The translations under genes were made by a program, and so were the position numbers. From Candidatus Nanopelagicaceae bacterium (GTDB taxonomy: Archaea; Asgardarchaeota; Lokiarchaeia; Sigyniarchaeales; SOKP01), in the NCBI GenBank assembly GCA_035530895.1, contig DATKTW010000134.1, positions 1 through 62,300 of the forward strand: a stretch of 62,300 bases of DNA, written 5' to 3'. Below, piece after piece: positions 18,495-27,308 of this stretch. Position 1 is the stretch's first letter. Every line of letters starts with the position of its first letter. The notes below the pieces were generated by a model. The model ran no database searches. It saw nothing but the letters and a program-made list of their open reading frames with translations, and was not told where the DNA came from.

Positions 18495-19307
18495 ATGACA
18501 TTTGACGTCTTTCAAGTTGATTGGATTACAATTGATATTATCATAATTGTATTGTTAATCCTGCTTTTAATCGGTGTAAAGGTACTTAAAGAAATATATC
18601 GGTGGAGATTTTTTTTTTCAAACGTTTCAACGATTAGGAAAGTTGATAACCTTCAGCATATTAACAATCAGTTTTCGTCTATATCTATAAAAAAGTGCAA
18701 TTTGACTAAATCTAGCGTTTTTCAGCAAGAAAAATTAATAAAACCGACAATAATCTTAATAAGAAGGTATCGAAAACTAATGTTGTTGAAAGCACTCACA
18801 GAAGCATTTTGTACGTTTGGATATAATGTGATAAACCTTCGGCTTAAAATGTTAACTAAAAACATGATGGAACAATTGATACCTGATATCGAAAAAGAGT
18901 TGCAACAAACGTTTCCTGCTATTTTAACATTTCACAATCAATATTTTAACTTATTGAGTCAGAATTATAATGTTATTGATTTTACTAAAAAAGTTTTACC
19001 TTTGAATCTTCTTTTGAAAGACTATCATTGTAGGAACATAATTTTGATTAATCCTCGCTTAAAATCGTACAATCTGGAAGTTTATTTAACTTTACTAAAT
19101 GATTCAAACAAAAATCCTAAATTATCTACGATATTTAGTGAGAAATTAAATCCATTTTTTAAAAACAAGAAAGTAAAAACGATATTACATAATAATGAAA
19201 CATTTAAATACTCCCCATATACTATTATCCAAAAAACTAAAAGCACATTCAAGTATTACGAAACATTACTTTTAAGCGTAATATTTAGATATATAGAGAA
19301 ACAGTAA
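18495..19307 (+). CDS. hypothetical membrane-anchored protein
   Basis: 270 aa with a single N-terminal hydrophobic helix (IDIIIIVLLILLLIGV). No recognisable motif. Confidence 0.4.
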   Translation: MTFDVFQVDWITIDIIIIVLLILLLIGVKVLKEIYRWRFFFSNVSTIRKVDNLQHINNQFSSISIKKCNLTKSSVFQQEKLIKPTIILIRRYRKLMLLKALTEAFCTFGYNVINLRLKMLTKNMMEQLIPDIEKELQQTFPAILTFHNQYFNLLSQNYNVIDFTKKVLPLNLLLKDYHCRNIILINPRLKSYNLEVYLTLLNDSNKNPKLSTIFSEKLNPFFKNKKVKTILHNNETFKYSPYTIIQKTKSTFKYYETLLLSVIFRYIEKQ

Positions 19308-19332
19308 AAAAGATAAAAGCGATTAAATTCTG

Positions 19333-20040
19333 ATGAAAGGACATAAAATTCTAAGAGATTATTTTAATACCGTTACATACTCTGAAAATCACTTGACACT
19401 ATTAAAACAAAAAAGAGAACGATCTAAAACACTGCTGGAGATGTTCGCTAAAGAGGGTTTGAACCCATTTTTATATGGTAGTATTGCTCGAGGCGATGTG
19501 CATAACGATAGCGATATCGACATTGTTTTAATCCAATCAATCGCTCCGTATCAAATAGAAATAATACTCGACAAGAACGGTTTTAATAATTACTTCAGAG
19601 AAATTATTATGGCAACTCCCGCTGACACTTTGAAACTCTACATCTATTTAAGCGAGTTAGAGAGCATAACAATTCCATTATCTAAGTTCGATAAAAAATC
19701 AAGAGAATTTTACGATTTTGGAGGAAAAATTAATATAAACCAATTAAAAAATAGTATTAGAGTGCCTGGAATCGATAAAAGGTTAGTTTTGATTCAACCC
19801 ACTTCTGATGGTCATGAAGAATATTCGATTATTGGAAACGAAAATTTAGCTGCAAAGCAGTTGAATGTTAGTATTGATTTGATTAATGAAAGAAAAAAAG
19901 TTCTTTTAAAGAGAGAAAAATTTGGAAAAACAGGTGTATTTTTAAAGAGATCAATTGAAATATACGAAACTACCGAAGATGTGTTAAAAAAATTAGCCAA
20001 TAAAAAATCGATTGTGAGAAAAAAGCTGTTACAAAGATGA
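19333..20040 (+). CDS. Pol-beta-superfamily nucleotidyltransferase domain protein
   Basis: 235 aa. YGSIARGDVHNDSDIDIVL is the GS-x-DxD nucleotidyltransferase motif. Its stop overlaps the next start (ATGA). Confidence 0.55.
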   Translation: MKGHKILRDYFNTVTYSENHLTLLKQKRERSKTLLEMFAKEGLNPFLYGSIARGDVHNDSDIDIVLIQSIAPYQIEIILDKNGFNNYFREIIMATPADTLKLYIYLSELESITIPLSKFDKKSREFYDFGGKININQLKNSIRVPGIDKRLVLIQPTSDGHEEYSIIGNENLAAKQLNVSIDLINERKKVLLKREKFGKTGVFLKRSIEIYETTEDVLKKLANKKSIVRKKLLQR

Positions 20041-21188
20041 GAGATCCAGTGATTTTAGAATCTAGAGCACATACATTTTATGTGAAAAAAGAAGGAATCC
20101 CTAAAGGATGTCAACAATGTTTAAAGGGTGCCAAAGCAGTATTATTTCTTAATGGAATCTGTCAGAATCCAAAACATTGTTGGTGGTATTGTCCGATTTC
20201 TGAAAAACGAAAAGGTAAGAAAGATACCTATATAAACGAGATTCAAATATCTTCTAAAGAGCAGATACTACATGAACTCAAAGCTATTAATGCGAAAGGC
20301 ATGAGTATTACGGGTGGAGACCCGTTATATGAACCTAACTTAAAAAAAACGCTAGAATATATCAAATTCATCAAAGAAAATAAAGGAAAAAAGTTCCATA
20401 TTCACCTTTATACCAACGGTCTTAATTTTAGCGAAGAAATTGCGGCAAAACTCGCTCGAGCAGGGTTAGACGAAATTAGATTCAACCCTGCAAAAGAAAA
20501 TTGGAATGTGATTAAATACGCATTAAACAAGGGTATGTCCGTAGGAGCTGAAGTTCCTGTGATTCCAGATGCGGAATATATCGAAAATTTGAAAAAATTC
20601 ATCTTTTATATGAATAAAATAGGCGCAGATTTTATCAATTTGAATGAATTTGAGTATACTTTACCAAATAGTCAAAACCTTAAGGACCGAAATTTTAAGT
20701 TGGAAGCAGGTACAATAGCATCTGTAAAGAATAGTAAAGAGTGTGCTATTAAACTCATACATGATATCGTTCCAAAAGTTTCAATAAAAATTCATTTTTG
20801 TACGATTATAGCTAAGGATTATTGGCAATTGAGAGAAAGGTATTTAAGACGTGCAAAAACTATTAAATTACCATACGAAGAAATCACGAGAGATGGTTTG
20901 CTATTATACGCTCTAATAGAAGGCGAGAAGAAGGACATTAAAGCGTTTTATAATCTTTTATTAAATGAGCTAAAAGTCCCTCAAAACTTCTTATCTTACG
21001 AAGTAACTTATATTAAATTACCCATAAAGTTTGCTTTGGAAGAATTTTTTATGGATTTACTAATTCAACATAATTTAAAAGGATATATAATAGAAATGAT
21101 ACCGTTTCGAGAAGAAAAATATCAACAAATAACGGAAAAAACACCTATAAGGTTATTTAAAGAAGAGATGGGACTAAATGATTATTGA
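20037..21188 (+). CDS. radical-SAM / pyruvate-formate-lyase-activase-related protein (COG2108-like)
   Basis: 383 aa. Cys cluster CQQC...CQNPKHCWWYCP is followed by a TIM-barrel-like region (GMSITGGDPL, HLYTNG). The assignment is from memory of the family and is of low certainty. Confidence 0.4.
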   Translation: MRDPVILESRAHTFYVKKEGIPKGCQQCLKGAKAVLFLNGICQNPKHCWWYCPISEKRKGKKDTYINEIQISSKEQILHELKAINAKGMSITGGDPLYEPNLKKTLEYIKFIKENKGKKFHIHLYTNGLNFSEEIAAKLARAGLDEIRFNPAKENWNVIKYALNKGMSVGAEVPVIPDAEYIENLKKFIFYMNKIGADFINLNEFEYTLPNSQNLKDRNFKLEAGTIASVKNSKECAIKLIHDIVPKVSIKIHFCTIIAKDYWQLRERYLRRAKTIKLPYEEITRDGLLLYALIEGEKKDIKAFYNLLLNELKVPQNFLSYEVTYIKLPIKFALEEFFMDLLIQHNLKGYIIEMIPFREEKYQQITEKTPIRLFKEEMGLNDY

Positions 21189-21624
21189 TACCGTCACTCT
21201 TAAGGATTTAGATGAAATTTACAATTTAGAAAGAAGAAATTTCAAGAAGGACTCATTTTCTAAAGAACTAATTTTTAATTTGATAAAAACGAACAAATAT
21301 TTTTTTAAGCTCATTGATGACGAATTATCGAATAGTATTATAGGGTTCATCATTATTATTCAAGATCGAGAAGAAAAATTAAACTTAATTAACTTTTTAA
21401 TTAGAAAGGGGGAAAGAAAAAGAGGTTATGGGAGTTTTCTTTTAAGATACACTCTGAAAAAAGTGATAGCATTAGATAAGATAAAAACAATTATATTGAA
21501 TGTGAACTCTAAAAATAAAGCTGCTATAAGCTTGTATCAAAAATTTGATTTTCAGATTGTCGAAAGAATAGAAAATTATTATCGGGACAAGCAAAGCGCT
21601 TACTTAATGATATTGAACATTTAA
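21178..21624 (+). CDS. GNAT family N-acetyltransferase (RimI-like)
   Basis: 148 aa. RKRGYGSFLL acetyl-CoA-binding motif and the LYQKFDF segment. Confidence 0.7.
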   Translation: MIIDTVTLKDLDEIYNLERRNFKKDSFSKELIFNLIKTNKYFFKLIDDELSNSIIGFIIIIQDREEKLNLINFLIRKGERKRGYGSFLLRYTLKKVIALDKIKTIILNVNSKNKAAISLYQKFDFQIVERIENYYRDKQSAYLMILNI

Positions 21625-21734
21625 TCATTTTCTAAAAACCAAGACTTATAAATAAATTCTATTATAAATTTTGTATAGAACGCATTGATAATGTGCTCAA
21701 AAAAAGGAAACAAAAATAAAAGTATTGAGTGATT

Positions 21735-21890
21735 ATGACGCCCTTAGGTACCGAATTAAAAGATGAAATTAAAAAAGGTGTTACTCTCCAAAAGGTTGAC
21801 GAGGAAGATATGAAAAAACGTGAAGAAGAGAAAAAGAAACGAATGGAAGAATTAGAAAAAGTTAAAGCAGCCTTAGGAGCTAAAGATTAA
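21735..21890 (+). CDS. unannotated 51-aa ORF with a canonical-looking WH2 (actin-monomer-binding) motif
   Basis: ATG 21735, TAA 21888..21890. Translation is MTPLGTELKDEIKKGVTLQKVDEEDMKKREEEKKKRMEELEKVKAALGAKD, in which LKDEIKKGVTLQKV fits L-x3-I-x2-G-x2-L-[KQ]-K-V. TATA-like boxes lie upstream (about 21646..21672) and T-rich tracts downstream. Confidence 0.5.
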   Translation: MTPLGTELKDEIKKGVTLQKVDEEDMKKREEEKKKRMEELEKVKAALGAKD

Positions 21891-22037
21891 ATTTTATCTG
21901 TTTTTTGTATTTATTATTTTTTTTCTTTATTCTTAGTTTAACTCATAAATCCCCAAGCAAAATGCAATTTAAGTGTGTTAAACTTAATTGTTAGGGTTAA
22001 TTATAAAAATTTAGGAATTTTGAGTTTGAAGTGCCAA

Positions 22038-23111
22038 ATGAAAATTCTGGATATTGATAAGAAGGAGGAAACCATTTCATTAAGAACCGAAGATTTAAAC
22101 GATCTATGGACACTCTATAATATTATTGCTAAAAATGACCACGTAACGGCAAGAACAAACCGTAGAATAGTTTTAAAAGAAGGTTCTAAAGGAGAAAGAA
22201 AACAAATGAAATTGAAAATAAACGTCGATTCTATTTCATTCCACGAGTTTTCAAATCGGTTAAGAGTAAAAGGAACTATCTTAGAAGGACCAGAGGATTT
22301 TGTTTCGTATGGGACATATCACACAATTAATATAGAACCAGGACTAAAATTAACAATTAAAAAACCTAAGTGGTTAAATAGTGAGATTAAACGCCTTAGT
22401 AAATCGCCTAGATTTCAAACTGATTTTGTCATGCTAATAATAGCGATCGAAACAGGGTTAGCAACAATCGCTCTTATTACAAATTATAGCCATAATAGAA
22501 TCGCTACGGTAAAAAAAAACATCCCAGGCAAAAGATACGAGCAATCATATCGAAACAAAGCTTATGAAGAATTCTATAGTGATATTAGCAGCATAATTAA
22601 AGAAAAAGCAGAAAATGTAGATTTAAAAATCATTATAATATGTGGCCCTGGGAGCACAAAGGATCACTTAACACAATATATTAAAGAAAAAGCCCAAATA
22701 ACGAGGTTACCGAAAATCGTAAACATTCAAGCTAGCTCTGGAACTGAAAGTGCAATCCTGGAAACTCTTAAATCAAAAGAACTCAAACTTCTAAAGAAAA
22801 ATGTTAAAATCTTCCATGAAACTGAGAAAATTGAGGAAATTTTTCAGTTGTTTAGCACCAATTCAGATTTAATTGCAATTGGATTCGATGAAATCTCGAA
22901 AGCTATTGAAAAAAGAGCTGTAAAGGAACTTTTTTGCGCAGATATTCTTATAAGAGGTGCATCAAAAAAACAGAAATTAAGAATAGAACAATTATTAAAC
23001 GGTGTAGAATCTTTAGGTGGAGAAATTCATATTTTAAATAGCGAACACCCAACAGGGAAACAAATAATTGATTTGGGATCTATCGTTGCTATTTTAAGAT
23101 TTAAAATTTAA
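22038..23111 (+). CDS. pelA: Pelota/Dom34 (mRNA surveillance, aRF1-related)
   Basis: N-terminus MKILDIDKKEETISLRTEDLNDLWTLYNII is typical of Pelota. I prefer ATG 22038 over the track start 21975. Confidence 0.85.
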   Translation: MKILDIDKKEETISLRTEDLNDLWTLYNIIAKNDHVTARTNRRIVLKEGSKGERKQMKLKINVDSISFHEFSNRLRVKGTILEGPEDFVSYGTYHTINIEPGLKLTIKKPKWLNSEIKRLSKSPRFQTDFVMLIIAIETGLATIALITNYSHNRIATVKKNIPGKRYEQSYRNKAYEEFYSDISSIIKEKAENVDLKIIIICGPGSTKDHLTQYIKEKAQITRLPKIVNIQASSGTESAILETLKSKELKLLKKNVKIFHETEKIEEIFQLFSTNSDLIAIGFDEISKAIEKRAVKELFCADILIRGASKKQKLRIEQLLNGVESLGGEIHILNSEHPTGKQIIDLGSIVAILRFKI

Positions 23112-23141
23112 GAACTGCAAAATCATAGTATTTATTCTAAC

Positions 23142-24176
23142 ATGAATGGTAAAATACAATATGTTGATAAAATCTCGAAAATCCCTCTAATGGGGGTAGA
23201 TTTTCTAGGGATCATTGATAGAGGGACAAATGTAATCGAACTTAAACCACTTACTCTTTGCAATCTCCAATGCAAGTATTGTTTTGTAAATTCTGGAAAA
23301 TACAACACTAACTTCGTTGTAGATTCCAACTACTTGATTGAAAAAGTTCTAGATCTTGTCCAAATTAAAGGGGACTATAGTCTCGAAATTCACTTTTCAC
23401 CTTATGGAGAGATATTACTTTACAAAGAACTCGAAAGTCTTTTAAAAAGACTCTCAGATATCAAAGGAATCTCAATTATATCAATGCAAACTAATGGCTT
23501 ATTACTTTCGAAACCAGTTATTGATAAATTAAAAAAATCCAAACTCACTCGGATTAATATAAGCTTAAATAGTTTAAAAGAGGAGACAGATTGTTATTTA
23601 TGTAATTGTACTCAGTATGATGTCGACAAGCTTATTAAAAATATATATACGCTAATGAACTCCAACATACAGGTATTGATCGCGCCAGTATGGTTTCCCG
23701 GAGAAAACGACAAAGATATTGAAGAAATTATAGAATTTGTTCTTAATGTGAGGAATGAAGGATATTCAAAGAGTCAATTACAAATAGGTATCCAGAAATA
23801 TTTAATTTACAAGACTGGGAGAACCTTAAAAAAAATACAACCAAAGTCTTGGGACTATTTTTATTCTTATTTGTCGAAGTTGGAAAAAAAATTCAACATT
23901 AAATTAAAACTTGGACCAAAGGATTTTGGAATTCATAAACGAAAGCGTGTATCAACCTTGGATCTTCAGAAAAAGGATTTGCTTAAAATTGAAATAGTTT
24001 CGAAGGGAAGGTGGGAAAATGAGTGTATCGGTAAAATCAACGATTCTCTTGGAATAAAGGTATTATTGAAGAAACCCCTTGTTTTTTCTGAACCTCTAAT
24101 TGGAAAAGTTATTGAAGCTGAAGTAATTAAAGCAAATTATAAAGATAATATTTTAACCGCAATCTTTCCATTATAA
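23142..24176 (+). CDS. radical SAM domain protein
   Basis: 344 aa. Canonical CNLQCKYC (Cx3Cx2C) motif near the N-terminus and a C-terminal beta-rich (TRAM-like?) region. Confidence 0.65.
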   Translation: MNGKIQYVDKISKIPLMGVDFLGIIDRGTNVIELKPLTLCNLQCKYCFVNSGKYNTNFVVDSNYLIEKVLDLVQIKGDYSLEIHFSPYGEILLYKELESLLKRLSDIKGISIISMQTNGLLLSKPVIDKLKKSKLTRINISLNSLKEETDCYLCNCTQYDVDKLIKNIYTLMNSNIQVLIAPVWFPGENDKDIEEIIEFVLNVRNEGYSKSQLQIGIQKYLIYKTGRTLKKIQPKSWDYFYSYLSKLEKKFNIKLKLGPKDFGIHKRKRVSTLDLQKKDLLKIEIVSKGRWENECIGKINDSLGIKVLLKKPLVFSEPLIGKVIEAEVIKANYKDNILTAIFPL

Positions 24177-24482
24177 ACTTTAATTTTTCTTATTTCACTT
24201 TATTTAAAATAACTAAATCATTCGACTCATTAAATTTAGGTTCAAATTTTCTTGTAATTTAAATATAGCGATATAGACAACATATTAAGTTTTTATTAAA
24301 ATAATTTATATTTAATGTCCAAATTGTAGACTTTGTTTAGATCTTGGTGGAAATAGCATTTTCTGTCCTATTGGTGGAGAAAATAAAAGTTCTCATAATG
24401 ATTTTACGAAAATGATAAACCTTAATATACCCAAGTAATCTCTCCAAGAAAATGAAGCATGGAAAAATGATGGTTTTTACAA

Positions 24483-25997
24483 TTGAAAGAATGTGATAAT
24501 AAAGAGTATAGTGATGAAAAAAAAGTTTTAAAAACTGAACTGGAATTAGATGAGAATGAATTTAAACCTCTTGATGAAGTTGAAGGATTATATGATAATT
24601 TAATTGAAAATTTTGAACCAAAAGATGAGTTAGAAAATGAAGACCCACAAATCAAAATTGATTTCATCCCATATGATATAAATTCTTTAGAAACTTTCTC
24701 AAAAAGGGGAAATGATGAATTTACAAAACTTGAAATTGATTATCATCCTAATAATTATAAATATAAATTTTATTCTGAAAAGGATGTCAGATCTTGGATG
24801 CAACAATATAAAAATTATAAATACTTCAAGAAAGTCCAAAATCATTTACGAGCTGAAGGCGAAATGGCACCTGCGATTTCTACCATTCAAAATAGAATTA
24901 AACTATTGTTAGGAAAAGAGAAATACAAAGAATTCGTGAGGAAATACACTTTCAATGATGCAAAAATGATAGTCTCACAAATGGGTATAAGTAAAACTGG
25001 AATTTCTGGAAAAATTTTATCTAATCCTGAAGATTTTAAAGGCGTTAAATCAAAATTATCAATCCAATGTGGAAAATGTAATCACTCTTGGACAACAATA
25101 TTAGATGCGATAATACATAATAAAAGTTGGTGTCCAAATTGTGCTACAAAACATCGAGTAGCAAATCAAAGAGGCTCAGTCAGAAAGCATCAAAAAATTA
25201 TAACGCAAAGAGGTGGTAGGTTAATTGGAGTCATATATGAAGATGCTAAAGAAAAACTTTTCAATCAAAGAACTAGATTCAAAATTGAATGTCAAGCTGG
25301 TCATAAATTTAATATTAACGCTAGCAATCTAAAAATAGGTAGATGGTGTAGGAAATGTAGTCACACAGTTATAGGCGTGAAAAATAGAGGATCTTTCCAA
25401 GATATTCAAAACCTTATTGAAAAGAGGGGTGGTCAATGTATTTCTAAACCAGAAGATTACAAAAATCAACATCAAAAATTAAAAATTCAATGCGATAAAG
25501 ACCATATATTTGAAAGGAGACCTACTAACTTAAAAAGAGGTGATTGGTGCCCTGTTTGTTCTCAAGGAAGATTCGAGAAAATATGTCGAAGTTTTTTCGA
25601 AGAAATTTTTCAAAACGAATTTCCAAAAGAACGACCAAAATGGCTAATAAATTCTCGGGGAAATCAAATGGAACTGGACGGTTATAATAAAGGTTTAGGT
25701 TTGGCATTTGAAGCTCAAGGAGAACAACATTATCACGCTGTAGCACATTTTGATCAGACATTAAAGGACTTAGAACAAAGAATTCAAGACGATTTATTGA
25801 AATTAGAACTATGTAATCAAAAAAATATTAAATTAATACAAATACCATATTATGTGCATCCTAATAATATACAGCATTACATTACTGCTAAATATGAAAA
25901 CTTGATGAATGAAAAATTACCAATAATCCCTAAAATAGATTATAACAGATTTTTAAATACTCCAGATGATCAAAAAAACTTGGATGATTATTTATAG
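24483..25997 (+). CDS. three tandem treble-clef zinc-ribbon repeats plus C-terminal PD-(D/E)XK-like (Vsr/DUF559-like) nuclease domain; probable selfish/homing-type gene
   Basis: 504 aa, TTG start. Repeats are CGKCNHSWTT..HNKSWCPNC, CQAGHKFNI..KIGRWCRKC and CDKDHIFER..KRGDWCPVC, each followed by RG(S/G)... The C-terminus MELDGYNKGLGLAFEAQGEQHY resembles restriction-endonuclease-fold motifs. Confidence 0.55.
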   Translation: MKECDNKEYSDEKKVLKTELELDENEFKPLDEVEGLYDNLIENFEPKDELENEDPQIKIDFIPYDINSLETFSKRGNDEFTKLEIDYHPNNYKYKFYSEKDVRSWMQQYKNYKYFKKVQNHLRAEGEMAPAISTIQNRIKLLLGKEKYKEFVRKYTFNDAKMIVSQMGISKTGISGKILSNPEDFKGVKSKLSIQCGKCNHSWTTILDAIIHNKSWCPNCATKHRVANQRGSVRKHQKIITQRGGRLIGVIYEDAKEKLFNQRTRFKIECQAGHKFNINASNLKIGRWCRKCSHTVIGVKNRGSFQDIQNLIEKRGGQCISKPEDYKNQHQKLKIQCDKDHIFERRPTNLKRGDWCPVCSQGRFEKICRSFFEEIFQNEFPKERPKWLINSRGNQMELDGYNKGLGLAFEAQGEQHYHAVAHFDQTLKDLEQRIQDDLLKLELCNQKNIKLIQIPYYVHPNNIQHYITAKYENLMNEKLPIIPKIDYNRFLNTPDDQKNLDDYL

Positions 25998-26102
25998 TTT
26001 GAATTTGTTATTATGCACAAAAAAGATATTTATCAATTGGATATATATATTAATTTATAGAATATTAAAAAAAAAATCAATTCATAGGAGATTTATTAAT
26101 TT

Positions 26103-26726
26103 ATGAGCCCCATAATTACATCAGAAGACGAATTAGAACTCGCCTCATTAGAAAAAGAATTAGTAACCCAAATAAGGAAATTAGCAAAAGCTCAGAGTAC
26201 GTTAATTGATTCTCAAAAAAAATACGCCGAAAATTTAAAAAAAGCAACACTAACCCGAGAAATGCTTAATAGAACATTTAGAGACGTATTGAAACACATG
26301 CAGACTCTAGTACGAGAGAAACGATCAAATATTAAAGATGAGGAAGTGAAATTATTTCAAGATATTATCCACAAAAACGATAGTTACATAGAAGTAAACA
26401 ACAAATACATTGATTCGATTAAGGACCTCGCCGTTAAAAAAGACTACCTTGTTGAAAAAAAATACGAATTTGCTTCGGCATTAAGCGAAGTAGCAGGCAA
26501 AAGAAATGTAGTTATCAAAAAAGCATTATCTGTTGAGAAAAGAAAAAACGATTTAATCGAAGGAGAAAAAAGGAAACTTTTAGAGTCCGAATTGAACGAT
26601 TCGCAAAGAGACTTTGATCGTGCTCGAGATATTTTAATAAAAAAAATTGGCCAATTTTTACAGGTTAAGAACGAAGTAGATGAATTGTGGCTAAATTTGA
26701 AAAATAGCGTTGACAAAGCAAGCTGA
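26103..26726 (+). CDS. all-helical coiled-coil protein, function unknown
   Basis: 207 aa, rich in K/E/L heptads, with no Cys, His or nucleotide-binding motifs. Confidence 0.5.
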   Translation: MSPIITSEDELELASLEKELVTQIRKLAKAQSTLIDSQKKYAENLKKATLTREMLNRTFRDVLKHMQTLVREKRSNIKDEEVKLFQDIIHKNDSYIEVNNKYIDSIKDLAVKKDYLVEKKYEFASALSEVAGKRNVVIKKALSVEKRKNDLIEGEKRKLLESELNDSQRDFDRARDILIKKIGQFLQVKNEVDELWLNLKNSVDKAS

Positions 26727-26858
26727 ATTTAAACTTTTTTTTATTTTATTTTTGTACAAATTATCAAGTATGAACTTAAATTTATTAAATAGTTCAAATA
26801 TATAATTATTAGAAATAATACTTGGATAAATCGTTATTATTAAACTAGAGAGAATAAT

Positions 26859-27308
26859 ATGGCAGAAGAATTCGCAAATTTCATGCAAGAAACAAAAAAG
26901 GCTCCAATAGAAGAAAAACTAAACGCATTTGGAGACATCGTTGAAAGAATGATGTCTGTAATTCTAAGAATACCTGATTTAGTAGATCAGTCTTTAGCTA
27001 CTGTAAATCAAAAAATATCCACATTGGAATCACGATTTAATACGTTTAATAATGAAGTATCAGCATTACGAACCAAAGGCGTTGGGGCATCCTCAGTAAT
27101 CGCTGCACCTGCTTCCCCAAACAGTGCACCACCACCTTCTGGAGGTCCGCCTGGAGGTCCACCGCCACCGCCTGGAGGTCCACCTGGAGGTCCACCACCG
27201 CAGCCTGGAGGTCCAGGAGCTGCTCGTCCAGCTAGTCCTGTGAGCTTAAGAGGTGCAATAATGGGCGAATTAAAGCAGCTTTTTTCTAAGAGAAATCAAT
27301 CGGGATAG
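26859..27308 (+). CDS. coiled-coil protein with polyproline tract and C-terminal WH2/GAB-like helix
   Basis: 149 aa. It has an N-terminal helical region, PPPSGGPPGGPPPPPGGPPGGPPPQPGGPG, then SLRGAIMGELKQLFSKR. Confidence 0.6.
   Translation: MAEEFANFMQETKKAPIEEKLNAFGDIVERMMSVILRIPDLVDQSLATVNQKISTLESRFNTFNNEVSALRTKGVGASSVIAAPASPNSAPPPSGGPPGGPPPPPGGPPGGPPPQPGGPGAARPASPVSLRGAIMGELKQLFSKRNQSG
27129..27216 (+). repeat. GC-rich imperfect tandem CCTGGAGGTCCA-type repeats encoding the Pro/Gly tract
   Basis: At least five copies of (C)CTGGAGGTCC(A/G) lie in an otherwise AT-rich genome, in-frame within the 26859..27308 CDS. Confidence 0.8.

Noticed and set aside
21975-22037. N-terminal 21-codon extension of Pelota in the ORF track. 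Similar extensions occur for pyrK (50157..50198) and the crotonase (4937..4984).
   Set aside because: The internal ATGs give N-termini matching the conserved family starts. For pyrK the extension would overlap pyrD, and the extended residues look non-conserved.
27129-27216. GC-rich short tandem repeats, considered as a possible CRISPR-like or minisatellite element.
   Set aside because: The units are 12 nt, contiguous with no spacers, and in-frame, encoding the Pro/Gly tract of the 26859..27308 CDS. It is reported as a coding repeat instead.
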